In this document: positions 37,872 through 47,594 of the stretch, piece after piece | Position numbering within the stretch: the stretch's first letter is position 1 | Layout of the letters: each line of letters starts with the position of its first letter | Source: an uncultured Gammaproteobacteria bacterium | GTDB taxonomy: Bacteria; Patescibacteriota; Patescibacteriia; Patescibacteriales; UBA12465 | Assembly: GCA_964483295.1 (NCBI GenBank) | Contig: CAZAAD010000005.1 | Location: forward strand, 1 to 61,321 | Direction: 5' to 3' | Length of the DNA: 61,321 bases | Translations under genes and position numbers: made by a program | The notes under the pieces: generated by a model | What the model was told of the DNA's origin: nothing | Databases searched by the model: none | The model's input: the letters and a program-made list of their open reading frames with translations, nothing else

Positions 37872-39899
37872 TTAATTATTTATCTTTATTATACCAGCCT
37901 TTATGCCGCGATTAAAGCTTTCCTCAAAGGCATAGAAGGATTCTAAAAGCGTTCCCGCCATATCAAACACGCGGACATGCGGCGCGCCACCAGGATAAGC
38001 GCTAAGGATAATATCAGCGACGCCATCATTATTAGTGTCGCCTGCGGTTAAACCGACGCCTCCCTGCCAATTCTTACTAAAACCTAAAAACTGCGCTTGC
38101 AAACGGGCACGATTATTAAATATTTTAATCTGCGGCTCACGTCCCGGACCAGGAGCAATAATAATTTCCGATCTGCCCTTATCTTTACGGCCATCAAGAT
38201 TAGCAACGGCCACATTAACCCCACCACGAAAACTCTTTTCATAAGCTAGAAAAACGCCAAGCAACTTTCCTTCGGCAGTAAATAGGCGCACTTGCGGCTC
38301 CTGACCAGCACCGAAAGTAACCACTATCTCCGGTTTTCCCTTGCCATCTAAATCACCAGCAGCCACATTTAAAGCGCCACGCCAAGCAGAACCAGTAACA
38401 GCAAAACGTTTTTTCAGCGTTCCTTTGTAGTCATAAACCCTGGCTTCGCCCGGACCGGCCGAGGCAGGCACAACAATCATTTCTTGTTGACCGTTATCAT
38501 CTAAATCGCTAAGGGCAATATTTAGACCACCACGAAATTCCTTATTCCAAGCCAGAAAAGTTGTCTTCAATTTTCCTAAACGATTATATATTCTTAACCG
38601 CGGTTCTTCACCTGAGCGAGGTGCAAAAATAAATTCTTCTTCGCCGTCACCATCAACATCACCAGCTACGAAAGTTGCGCCCAGCTTAGATAACTCCGCC
38701 GGCAAATTATAAACAAAGTCACCATTAGCGGCTACCACTTTTATTTCTTTACTACTATCCAGGGCCGCTACGGCAACACGGCTCAAACGACTATATAATT
38801 TTTCCTTCGCCATCTCTACCGCCCGATTAACATTCAAGCGACCATTGCCTAATTGTCCTAAATAATCAGGATTCAAGCGGCTAATATTATCAGCGGAAGC
38901 AAATAAAATATTTACCACTTCGCGCCGGCTTAACTCTGGATTGGCCTGCTGAATCAAGGCTAACGTAGCCGATACTAAAGGCGCAGCCATAGAAGTTCCC
39001 GACCAATAACCATCATAGTCATTATCAGCTCCGGGACGACTGCCATTAGTCGCTGTGCTAAAAAAACTAATACCGGGAGCGGCAATATCAATACAACTAA
39101 AACCATAGCTAGAAAATCTGGTTTTCTGGTCAAGAGCATCAGTCGCCGCTACACCAATCACCATATTTTCACCAATTAACTTACCATCATAACAAGCGGG
39201 GTAAATTTTTGTCTTATCAATATTATAACCTTCTCCGCCAGACTGTTCGTTACCGGCAGCAGCTACTACAATAACGCCAGAATTATGCGCGCGATAAATT
39301 GCTTCTTGTAATCCCTCGCTATAATTAAAATTAACAAAACTTAAATTAATAATATCGGCGCCATTATTAATTGCATAATCAATCGCCCGAATAACATCAC
39401 TCACACGGCCTTCACCCTTATCATTTAAAGCTTTAAGCGCCATAATCTGTGCTTTCCAGGTAACCCCAACTACTCCGCGACCATTATTTCCGGTCGCCGC
39501 AATAATACCGGCAATCATTGTGCCATGGGAAATACCCGCCTCAGTCCAGCCTTCAGAAAATTTCGGATTAGGGTCATTAATATTATTGGGAAAATCCCAG
39601 CCATAAACATCATCAATAAAACCATTGTTATCGTTATCAATATTATCACCAGGAATCTCACCGCGATTATGCCAAATATTATTTTTTAGGTCAGGGTGGT
39701 CTGTCTGAATTCCGGAGTCAATAATCGCAATCACGGCATCAGGGCTACCAGAAACTTTATTCCAAGCGGCATCAGCTTTAATTTTTGCTAAATACCATTG
39801 GTTATTAAAAAATGGGTCATTAGGAGTAATGGCCGCCGAAACCGAACTGGTAAAAAACAGCCCGGAAAGTATAAAAAAAGATGTTATGATTTTTCTCAT
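37872..39899 (-). CDS. Secreted S8 (subtilisin) serine protease with C-terminal FG-GAP/VCBS-like repeats
   Basis: Signal peptide; triad IDSG, HGTMIAG, GTSMAAP; repeated GD.D..G..EI...PG units; start at MRKII preferred over 39920. Confidence 0.92.
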   Translation of the reverse strand: MRKIITSFFILSGLFFTSSVSAAITPNDPFFNNQWYLAKIKADAAWNKVSGSPDAVIAIIDSGIQTDHPDLKNNIWHNRGEIPGDNIDNDNNGFIDDVYGWDFPNNINDPNPKFSEGWTEAGISHGTMIAGIIAATGNNGRGVVGVTWKAQIMALKALNDKGEGRVSDVIRAIDYAINNGADIINLSFVNFNYSEGLQEAIYRAHNSGVIVVAAAGNEQSGGEGYNIDKTKIYPACYDGKLIGENMVIGVAATDALDQKTRFSSYGFSCIDIAAPGISFFSTATNGSRPGADNDYDGYWSGTSMAAPLVSATLALIQQANPELSRREVVNILFASADNISRLNPDYLGQLGNGRLNVNRAVEMAKEKLYSRLSRVAVAALDSSKEIKVVAANGDFVYNLPAELSKLGATFVAGDVDGDGEEEFIFAPRSGEEPRLRIYNRLGKLKTTFLAWNKEFRGGLNIALSDLDDNGQQEMIVVPASAGPGEARVYDYKGTLKKRFAVTGSAWRGALNVAAGDLDGKGKPEIVVTFGAGQEPQVRLFTAEGKLLGVFLAYEKSFRGGVNVAVANLDGRKDKGRSEIIIAPGPGREPQIKIFNNRARLQAQFLGFSKNWQGGVGLTAGDTNNDGVADIILSAYPGGAPHVRVFDMAGTLLESFYAFEESFNRGIKAGIIKINN

Positions 39900-39961
39900 A
39901 TAACATCTATATAATAACATAAAGCCCTGTTTTTACAAGCTGTGTCCGTCTTTAAAAAAAC

Positions 39962-41173
39962 TTAAGTTGTCAGAATTTCCGCTAAAGTTTCACGAGCGCA
40001 TTTCTCCCAACTGAAGTTCTTAACCCGCTCTAAACCCTTGGTCCTTAGTTCTGATAACAGAGCGTCGTCTGAGCCTAAACGGGCTAAAGCATTAGCAATC
40101 GCTTGCTTGTCATTATGATTAAAATAAAGGGTAGCGTCTTGAGCAACTTCCTTAAAAACCGGAATATCAGAAACGGCCGTTGGCACGCCGCAAGCCATAG
40201 CTTGCAAAATCGGGATACCAAAACCCTCATGCTTGGAAGGAAAAATAAAAGCCTTAGCACCATTAAAGATGTAAGGCATATCTTCTTCGTCAACCCAACC
40301 AGGCATAATAACATCCTGATCTAAATTAAATTCGGCAATCACATATTTGACCTCATCATATCCGAAACTAGCATCACCAATTAAAACCATCTTTTCTTTA
40401 ATATCCGGCCTATCTTCTCTTAATATCGCTAACGCTTCAATTAAAGCCGGGATATTCTTTTTCTTTTCAATGCGCCCAGCGTATAAAAAATATGGCGCCT
40501 CTAAACCGTATTTTTCTAGTACCGCTGCCGTCTTGTCTTTATCAGTAATAACCCGATACAAAGAATTGTTATAACCATTATGGATAACCTTGACTTTCTC
40601 GGCCCTGGTTTTAGGATAGACATCTAAAATTTCACTCTTGGTAAATTCGGAAACGGTAATAATCTTCTTGGCGCGGCGCAAGGCAAAATCAGTCGACCAA
40701 TAAAGATAGTCTAAAGATTCAGAATGATATTTTCCTAAAGTAAAAATGCGGACTAAAAACTCAATAATTTTACGCGAGATGGCGCCCTCAGTTTTTACAC
40801 CGGAAGAACGATAAAGGTTGCGCTCACGGACAAAGGCAATATCATGAATAGTATTAACTGTGCGCCGCGGGTAGCAAAGTGGCATCGTGTGCGCCGGAAT
40901 AAACAAAATATCCGGGCGATGAATAATCATTTCCAAAGTTAATCTTCCTAAGGTCCAAAAAGAAACAAAAGGCCAATGCAGAAGTTTAAAAGAAAAATTA
41001 GGATTATGCTCAACCGCTTTAACTAATTCTGGAGAAGCTGGATTATTAAGATAAAGAATATATTGATTTTCCTTATCAAGCGTGGCTAAATTTTTGATAA
41101 GATAAAATGAATACCATTCGGTACCGGTTTTTCTCAGCAAGTTAGCGCGTGAAGCGTCTATACCAATAACCAT
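39962..41173 (-). CDS. Glycosyltransferase family 4
   Basis: KTGTEWY, KKN, EGFGIPILQAMACG. Confidence 0.93.
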   Translation of the reverse strand: MVIGIDASRANLLRKTGTEWYSFYLIKNLATLDKENQYILYLNNPASPELVKAVEHNPNFSFKLLHWPFVSFWTLGRLTLEMIIHRPDILFIPAHTMPLCYPRRTVNTIHDIAFVRERNLYRSSGVKTEGAISRKIIEFLVRIFTLGKYHSESLDYLYWSTDFALRRAKKIITVSEFTKSEILDVYPKTRAEKVKVIHNGYNNSLYRVITDKDKTAAVLEKYGLEAPYFLYAGRIEKKKNIPALIEALAILREDRPDIKEKMVLIGDASFGYDEVKYVIAEFNLDQDVIMPGWVDEEDMPYIFNGAKAFIFPSKHEGFGIPILQAMACGVPTAVSDIPVFKEVAQDATLYFNHNDKQAIANALARLGSDDALLSELRTKGLERVKNFSWEKCARETLAEILTT

Positions 41174-41202
41174 AAAAATAAAGCAAGCCCGAATTAGGCT
41201 TG

Positions 41203-42210
41203 CTATTTTGTTGCGAGAATACTTCGCTTATAAGAATCCAAATTATCTAAAGCAATACCAGTTCCCTTGGCAACACAGAGCATGGCGTCATCAGCGACAT
41301 AAGCCGGAACGCCAGTTGTTCGCGCAATCAGCTGGTCCATGTTGCGTAAAAGCGAACTACCGCCAGTTAAAACTATGCCTTTATCCATGATATCAGCTGA
41401 TAATTCAGGCGGAGTTTTATGTAAAACTTTTTTAGCAGCTGCAATAATCGCTTCCAGTTCATGTTGAATTGCTTCAGTCACATCATCACTGGAAACAGTA
41501 ATACTACGAGGTAAACCAGTGACAATATCACGACCACGGACTTCCATATATAACTTATCCTCCATATATAAAGCCGAACCGATATTAATCTTGATTTCTT
41601 CGGCCGTTCTTTCACCAATAGCTAAATTATATTTTTTGCGGACATATTCCAAAATTGCTGCGTCTAGTTTATTGCCACCAACTCTTACTGAAGTTGAAGC
41701 GACAACGCCGCCCAAAGAGATAACTGCCATTTCTGCCGTACCGCCACCAATATCAATGACCATATGACCAGTGGCTGAGCCAATCGGAATGTCAGCGCCA
41801 ATCGCGGCCGCTACCGGCTCCTTAATAATATAAGCGGCTTTAGCACCGGCAGCAATGGTCGCCTCAATAACCGCTCGTCTTTCGGTTGAAGAAATACCCG
41901 CCGGAACAGCTACCATTACCTCAGGACGAAAAAACCGCAAGCCTCCTAAAGTCTTGTTAATAAAATAACGAATCATCGCCTCAGTGGCCCGGTAGTCGGC
42001 AATAACGCCATCCTTAAGCGGTTTAACCGCCATAATAGTATCAGGCGTGCGCCCAAGCATGTCTTTCGCCTCATTGCCAACAGCTAAAATTTTCTTATCG
42101 GCAATCGAAACGGCGACCACGCTCGACTCGTTGACAACGATACCGCGGCGAGGCAGATAGACTAAAGTATAGGTTGTTCCAAGATCAATTCCGATCTGCT
42201 TGATAAACAT
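41203..42210 (-). CDS. mreB: MreB/Mbl actin homologue, second copy
   Basis: GIDLGT, PLKDGVIAD, DIGGGT, LTGG; start at MFIKQ preferred over 42231. Confidence 0.93.
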   Translation of the reverse strand: MFIKQIGIDLGTTYTLVYLPRRGIVVNESSVVAVSIADKKILAVGNEAKDMLGRTPDTIMAVKPLKDGVIADYRATEAMIRYFINKTLGGLRFFRPEVMVAVPAGISSTERRAVIEATIAAGAKAAYIIKEPVAAAIGADIPIGSATGHMVIDIGGGTAEMAVISLGGVVASTSVRVGGNKLDAAILEYVRKKYNLAIGERTAEEIKINIGSALYMEDKLYMEVRGRDIVTGLPRSITVSSDDVTEAIQHELEAIIAAAKKVLHKTPPELSADIMDKGIVLTGGSSLLRNMDQLIARTTGVPAYVADDAMLCVAKGTGIALDNLDSYKRSILATK

Positions 42211-42273
42211 AAAAAAATCAGGTATATACAACTATCTATTCTATACCTTTTACACAATTAGTCAAACGAAAAT

Positions 42274-42714
42274 TTAATCGAAAGCTAGGTCAACTTCTTC
42301 TTCCGAATCTTCGTCTCCCTCTATTTTTTCTTGGTTTTTGACAATTTTAATTACCTTTTCGGCAAACTGGAAAGTATCAAAATCTTCCTTAAAAAAGACA
42401 TAATCCGCTCCCATTTCCAGACTCCTCTGCCGACTATCTTCATCACTTAAGTCAGTAAAAATGAAGATTTCTTTATCCCTTAATTCTGAATCGGACTTAA
42501 CTTTTTTAAGTAGCTCAAAACCGTCAACTTTAGGCAAAATTAAGTCTAAAACAACATAATCCGGCTCGAACTCGCGCAACATTGACAATAATTCTTCTTC
42601 ATCCTCCTCAGCCTCGCTAACTTCAACTTCAAAATCAGCGGCCGAAAATTGCGATTCTAAGCCGTATAAAATGTTGGCATCATCTTCGATGATGAATATT
42701 TTTCTTCCACTCAT
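42274..42714 (-). CDS. Single-domain response regulator receiver with acidic tail
   Basis: IIEDD, LDLILPKVDG (phospho-acceptor Asp), FT, conserved Lys. Confidence 0.9.
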   Translation of the reverse strand: MSGRKIFIIEDDANILYGLESQFSAADFEVEVSEAEEDEEELLSMLREFEPDYVVLDLILPKVDGFELLKKVKSDSELRDKEIFIFTDLSDEDSRQRSLEMGADYVFFKEDFDTFQFAEKVIKIVKNQEKIEGDEDSEEEVDLAFD

Positions 42715-42725
42715 AGTTTATATTG

Positions 42726-43700
42726 TTATTTAGATTTTAATTTTTGCCACCAAGCCGTATTTTCCCGATACCAGGCGATGGTAGATTCTAAACCACTTGC
42801 AAAAGAGTGTTGCGGTTTAAAACCCAGTTCAGTTTCTGCCTTAGAATAATCAATTGCATAGCGTAAGTCGTGTCCTAAACGGTCAGCCACGTATTCAACC
42901 ATATTATCACTCGCTTTCATTTCCTCCAAAATGGCCCGCGTAATTTCTAGATTACTTTTTTCATTCCCGCCGCCCAAACAATAAGTTTCGCCAATTTTCC
43001 CCTGCTTAATTATCAGCTCAACACCGCGATTATGATCATCAACATGAATCCAGTCGCGAATATTCTGGCCACTGCCATAAAGCGGAACTTTTTTCCCTTC
43101 TAGTAAGTTAGTAATAAACAAAGGAATTAATTTTTCCGGATGTTGGTATGGTCCGTAATTATTAGAACAATTAGAAATTGTAATTGGCAAACCATAGGTA
43201 TGGAAATAAGCGCGCACTAAATGGTCACTCCCAGCCTTAGAAGCGCTGTAAGGAGAACGTGGGTCATATGGTGTCTGCTCGTTAAAACGTGGACTAGAAA
43301 AATCGAGTGCCCCAAATACTTCGTCAGTTGAAACATGGTGAAAGCGTAAGCCCTCCGGTTTTGCTAAACGCGCCGCTTCTAATAAAGTTCTGGTACCTTC
43401 AACATTGGTGCGCACGAAGGCGCCACTATCTTTAATTGAACGGTCAACGTGGCTCTCGGCCGCAAAATGGACAATAATATCAACCCCCTTGACCGCCTCA
43501 GCTACTACCTGCGCATCGCAAATGTCACCTTGAATAAATTCATAATTAGTTTCACCAGTTAAGTCTCGCAAATTATCCTCATTACCAGCATAAGTTAAAA
43601 GATCAAGATTGCGAATGCTATCCTGAGGATACTTAGCTAGCCAATAATGAATAAAGTTGGAACCGATAAAACCGGCGCCACCAGTCACTAATAATTTCAT
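42726..43700 (-). CDS. rfbB: dTDP-glucose 4,6-dehydratase
   Basis: GGAGFIGSN, FAAESHVDRSI, VSTDEV, PYSASK, DRLGHDLRY. Confidence 0.97.
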   Translation of the reverse strand: MKLLVTGGAGFIGSNFIHYWLAKYPQDSIRNLDLLTYAGNEDNLRDLTGETNYEFIQGDICDAQVVAEAVKGVDIIVHFAAESHVDRSIKDSGAFVRTNVEGTRTLLEAARLAKPEGLRFHHVSTDEVFGALDFSSPRFNEQTPYDPRSPYSASKAGSDHLVRAYFHTYGLPITISNCSNNYGPYQHPEKLIPLFITNLLEGKKVPLYGSGQNIRDWIHVDDHNRGVELIIKQGKIGETYCLGGGNEKSNLEITRAILEEMKASDNMVEYVADRLGHDLRYAIDYSKAETELGFKPQHSFASGLESTIAWYRENTAWWQKLKSK

Positions 43701-43720
43701 GGTTTTTATAATAACAGAAA

Positions 43721-44173
43721 CTAAACTATTTTATAAGGACTATTCTCATCTTTTTCCCATCTAATTTCATCTACGTCTTCTAACTTCCCTTCACCCCGAT
43801 ACAGTTTATCAGGAAAATTAAGACTTAAAGCAGAAACTCCGGAGACGCATTTATAGCCATGAACCACGCCGGGCGGCACAATTACTAAGCACGGATTATC
43901 CTCGCCCACGGTAATCTGCAGAGACTCACCCTTAGTTAAAGAATCTTCACGTCTATCCCAAAGATGAAGACTGAAACTGCCTGGACCAAAAAAAACAAAG
44001 CAATCACTCTGGTATACATGTTCGTGTGGTCCACGAATTACGCCGGGATTAGTAAAACTAGCGTAAGCCATCGCCGGGTTAAAATCTAGCTCGTCACGGC
44101 GGAAAAGTTCGGCTAAATAACCGCGCTCATCATGATTTTTTTGCAACTCTCTAATAATTACTCCCTCTATCAT
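43721..44173 (-). CDS. rfbC: dTDP-4-dehydrorhamnose 3,5-epimerase family protein
   Basis: DERGY, RGPHEH, VPPGVVHGY; adjacent to rfbB. Confidence 0.85.
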   Translation of the reverse strand: MIEGVIIRELQKNHDERGYLAELFRRDELDFNPAMAYASFTNPGVIRGPHEHVYQSDCFVFFGPGSFSLHLWDRREDSLTKGESLQITVGEDNPCLVIVPPGVVHGYKCVSGVSALSLNFPDKLYRGEGKLEDVDEIRWEKDENSPYKIV

Positions 44174-44182
44174 ATTTTTAAA

Positions 44183-45160
44183 TTAAATTTTAATCAGCCC
44201 ATTCTGTGCTCCCAGATGCGCAATCTTAGAGGCGGTATTCTTCGCTCCTAGTAATAAAGCTTTTTGAATATCACCTTTGTATATTTCTAGGCCAGCCGCT
44301 AGTGTAGAATTAAAAACATCACCCACGCCGGTCGTGTCAACGCGCTTCTTTTCTTTCAGAATTGGTTGATAATAAAAATCATGACCATCATAAGCATAAG
44401 CCCCCTTGCTACCTGAAGTTATCACGGCAATTTTTGGACCAAACCCCTTAATAATCTTGAGAAGGTTATGTTCATCATTTAAGAAACGATGATTTAATTT
44501 TTTATCGCCCAAAGAAATAAGAGCTAATTCAATTGCCTCATCTTTATTAACGGAAAACATATAAGTATCTTCCAGAAACGGCGCTAGTTTGCCTAAGCCG
44601 GCTGAATACTGTGCCTCGCTCGGATTCCAACTAACTTTAATACCATAACGACGAACTAAGGGAAAAACCTTCTTGAGAATAGCTAGCCAATTACCCGACA
44701 AGGAAGAGATATAAATATTTTTCGTATTATTAATCGCCTCTAAATCAGACGGGGTAATTGCTAATTTACCATTAGCACCGCGTTCGGTAAAAATAATGCG
44801 CTCACCTTCAGAAATAAGAACAAAGGAGAAGCCACTATTTTCCTTATCTATTTTTTTAATCAACCGTGGCATAACGCCGCGCTCCTTGAGATTATTAATA
44901 ATCTCTTTACCATTATCGTCGCTGCCGACTGCTGCTAAACAAGCAGACTTTAAACCGAAATTGGCAAAATTAACCGCCGCGTTAGCTGCTCCGCCGCCAT
45001 AAGTATAATAAAAATAATCGACTCTAATCTTGGCACCATACTCAAAAGCTAACAGCTTCTGACGCAAGATATCGTGCGGATTATCAATTAATAAGCCCTG
45101 ATCAGTAAAGAAGCTGATATCCCTGGTCGCCCCGCCAATAGAAATAAAATCGTACATCAT
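44183..45160 (-). CDS. PfkB-family carbohydrate kinase
   Basis: GGGAANAA, NKDEA, DTTGVGDVF. Confidence 0.9.
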   Translation of the reverse strand: MMYDFISIGGATRDISFFTDQGLLIDNPHDILRQKLLAFEYGAKIRVDYFYYTYGGGAANAAVNFANFGLKSACLAAVGSDDNGKEIINNLKERGVMPRLIKKIDKENSGFSFVLISEGERIIFTERGANGKLAITPSDLEAINNTKNIYISSLSGNWLAILKKVFPLVRRYGIKVSWNPSEAQYSAGLGKLAPFLEDTYMFSVNKDEAIELALISLGDKKLNHRFLNDEHNLLKIIKGFGPKIAVITSGSKGAYAYDGHDFYYQPILKEKKRVDTTGVGDVFNSTLAAGLEIYKGDIQKALLLGAKNTASKIAHLGAQNGLIKI

Positions 45161-45201
45161 AAAGATAAAATATTAAACAAGCAATAACAATTAAAATAAT
45201 A

Positions 45202-45744
45202 TCATAACATCTTCCTGTTTTCCAGAAAAAAGGGCTTCAGTTTCTTAAATAAGGCCACCGACAAATAAAAGAAAGCGCTGCCTATGCCTAAATTCCAGGC
45301 AGACTGATACAGTAAAACGTGCCAAAAATCAGCTCCCAAAACGGCAACGCCACGCGGAAAGCCGAGTGAAGTGTAAACCAATAGGGCTAACAAAAAATTA
45401 TAAGCTATGGTCGCCAGTAAAGTTGATGCCCAGAAAGCATAGAGCGACTTATTAGTCAGCCAGTCCTTTAAAACAATATAGGCTGCTAAGACTGATAAAA
45501 AAAGAACAATGATTTGCAGGCCGAAAAAATAAAACGATAAAGAGTCAAGAAAAAAACCAAAAATCAAAACAAAGCGCAAAGCCGGTTTTAAGCCAAATAA
45601 AAAAAGAGAGAAAATTGCGGCCAGGAGTCCGAGATTGAGATGCCTAAATCCGGCCGGCAAAGAACTGACAAGATGCTCCTGTAAAATTGCCAGAGATAAG
45701 CAAGTTATAATTAAAAACAATATTCTGCCTATTCTCTGCACCAT
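45202..45744 (-). CDS. mreD: Rod shape-determining protein MreD, probable
   Basis: Highly hydrophobic, G.FLD...FG motif, directly after mreC. Confidence 0.75.
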   Translation of the reverse strand: MVQRIGRILFLIITCLSLAILQEHLVSSLPAGFRHLNLGLLAAIFSLFLFGLKPALRFVLIFGFFLDSLSFYFFGLQIIVLFLSVLAAYIVLKDWLTNKSLYAFWASTLLATIAYNFLLALLVYTSLGFPRGVAVLGADFWHVLLYQSAWNLGIGSAFFYLSVALFKKLKPFFLENRKML

Positions 45745-45748
45745 ATCA

Positions 45749-46561
45749 TTAAGGAAGAATAACGGAAACCACCGTTAAATTATTTAAATTAATCAACGGC
45801 TCAATCGTCGCGCTCTGCCAAACCTCATTGCTTTCACTTCTCACATCAGTCACGCGGCCCACGACTAAGCCCCGCGGAATAGTACTACTAAGCCCCGAGG
45901 TAATAACGGTATCACCAATATTTATTTTTTCTAACTGAGGAATATAATCCATCATAATTGTTAACCCAAGACGGCCATCAGTCAGTCCTTGAGTTTTATC
46001 GGAATTCTGCAAAGAAGCAGCTAATTGGCAACCAGGGCTAGTTGTTAAGCAGACGCGGGCACTGTCATCTTTAAGCTCAATAACCTTACCAATGATAATC
46101 CCCTCTTCACTTAAAACGCCCATATCAAACTTTAGACCGTCACGACTTCCCTTATCAATAATAATATCACGACTACTCTCTTCCGCCGGCAAAGAGCCCT
46201 CTTTAGCAATAATATTGGCCATCACTGTTTTAAAATCATTACTCGCGGCAAAATCTAACTGATTGCGTAACTTATTATTCTCTTCTTCAATCATAAGACA
46301 ACGCGCGCTATCAATTGCTAATTTAGCCGCTTCGGCCTCTAAGCGAGAAATTTCAGTGAGTAGTTCCTCCTTTTCTCTTTTTTCTTCATAAGAAAAACCG
46401 AAATTAGTTCCCCAAGCATGAAAACGAGCGCCGATTGGTTTAGCAATATAGGACAGACCACGCTCTAAGGGTCTTAGAATGCCAAGCAAATGTAAAAAAA
46501 TCAGTAGTCCGAAAACTACTGCCGCAATCAAAATAGGATTTTTTCTACTAATTTTAATCAT
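45749..46561 (-). CDS. mreC: Rod shape-determining protein MreC
   Basis: EENNKLR, IIIDKGSRDG, GDTVITSGL, PRGLVVG; start overlaps the mreB stop. Confidence 0.93.
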   Translation of the reverse strand: MIKISRKNPILIAAVVFGLLIFLHLLGILRPLERGLSYIAKPIGARFHAWGTNFGFSYEEKREKEELLTEISRLEAEAAKLAIDSARCLMIEEENNKLRNQLDFAASNDFKTVMANIIAKEGSLPAEESSRDIIIDKGSRDGLKFDMGVLSEEGIIIGKVIELKDDSARVCLTTSPGCQLAASLQNSDKTQGLTDGRLGLTIMMDYIPQLEKINIGDTVITSGLSSTIPRGLVVGRVTDVRSESNEVWQSATIEPLINLNNLTVVSVILP

Positions 46562-47594
46562 AGCTAGTCGGTAAAACAACTTTTTCAAATAATTCTTTAT
46601 TACCTAAAAGCATGCCCGTGCCGCGCGCGACACAAGTAAGCGGATCATCAACAATCTTAACCGGGATTTTCGCAGCTGCGGAAATCGCCTGGTCTAAACC
46701 ACGTAAAAGTGCGCCACCACCAGATAAATAAAGACCGCGCTCATAAATATCAGAGACTAATTCCGGCGGAGTAGTTTCTAAAATAGTTTTTATATTCTCA
46801 ATAATCTTGGCAATCGTCCGGCTTATCGCTTCCCTAATCTGCTTATCATTAATCATAATCGCCTTTGGTAAGCCAGTTAATAAATCGCGACCGCGAACTT
46901 CCATTTCCTGAGGCTCACTCTGGGGCACCGCTGAACCAATGCCAACTTTAATACTTTCCGCTAATTGTTCACCAATTAAAATATTAAATTCTTCACGGAT
47001 ATATTCAATAATATTGCTATCAAATTCATTACCGGCCGCCTTTAAGGATTTCCAAGTAACCACGCCACCTAAAGAAATAACGGCAATTTCGGTCGTGCCA
47101 CCGCCAATATCAACAATCATCGTTGCCGTGGCATCAATTACTGGCAAGCGAGCACCAATCGCTGCCGCCATCGCCTCTTCAATAAGATATACTTTACGCG
47201 CGCCCGCCGATTTGGCCGCGTCCTCAACCGCTTTCTTTTCTACTTCAGTTAAATCAAGCGGGATGCCGATTACGACTCGGGGACGAGACAAAAGAGAGAA
47301 ATTTTCTCCCTGAACTTTGCTGATAAAATACTTAAGCATTTTTTCCGTGACTTCAAAATCAGAAATGACGCCATCAACTAAAGGCTTAATCGCCTCAATG
47401 TGGCCCGGAGTTTTGCCGACCATCTTCTTAGCTGCCTCCCCGACTTCCAGGATTTCATTGGTACGCTTATTAATCGCAACCACACTCGGCTCATTAATCA
47501 CTAGACCCTTATCACCAAGATAAACCAGGGTATTCCTGGTCCCCAAGTCAATCCCTAAATCGTGGCTGAATTTTCCTAAAAGTTTATTGAACAT
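46554..47594 (-). CDS. mreB: Rod shape-determining protein MreB
   Basis: GIDLGT, INEPSVVA, DIGGGTTE, LSGGGA; first gene of mreBCD. Confidence 0.96.
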   Translation of the reverse strand: MFNKLLGKFSHDLGIDLGTRNTLVYLGDKGLVINEPSVVAINKRTNEILEVGEAAKKMVGKTPGHIEAIKPLVDGVISDFEVTEKMLKYFISKVQGENFSLLSRPRVVIGIPLDLTEVEKKAVEDAAKSAGARKVYLIEEAMAAAIGARLPVIDATATMIVDIGGGTTEIAVISLGGVVTWKSLKAAGNEFDSNIIEYIREEFNILIGEQLAESIKVGIGSAVPQSEPQEMEVRGRDLLTGLPKAIMINDKQIREAISRTIAKIIENIKTILETTPPELVSDIYERGLYLSGGGALLRGLDQAISAAAKIPVKIVDDPLTCVARGTGMLLGNKELFEKVVLPTSYD

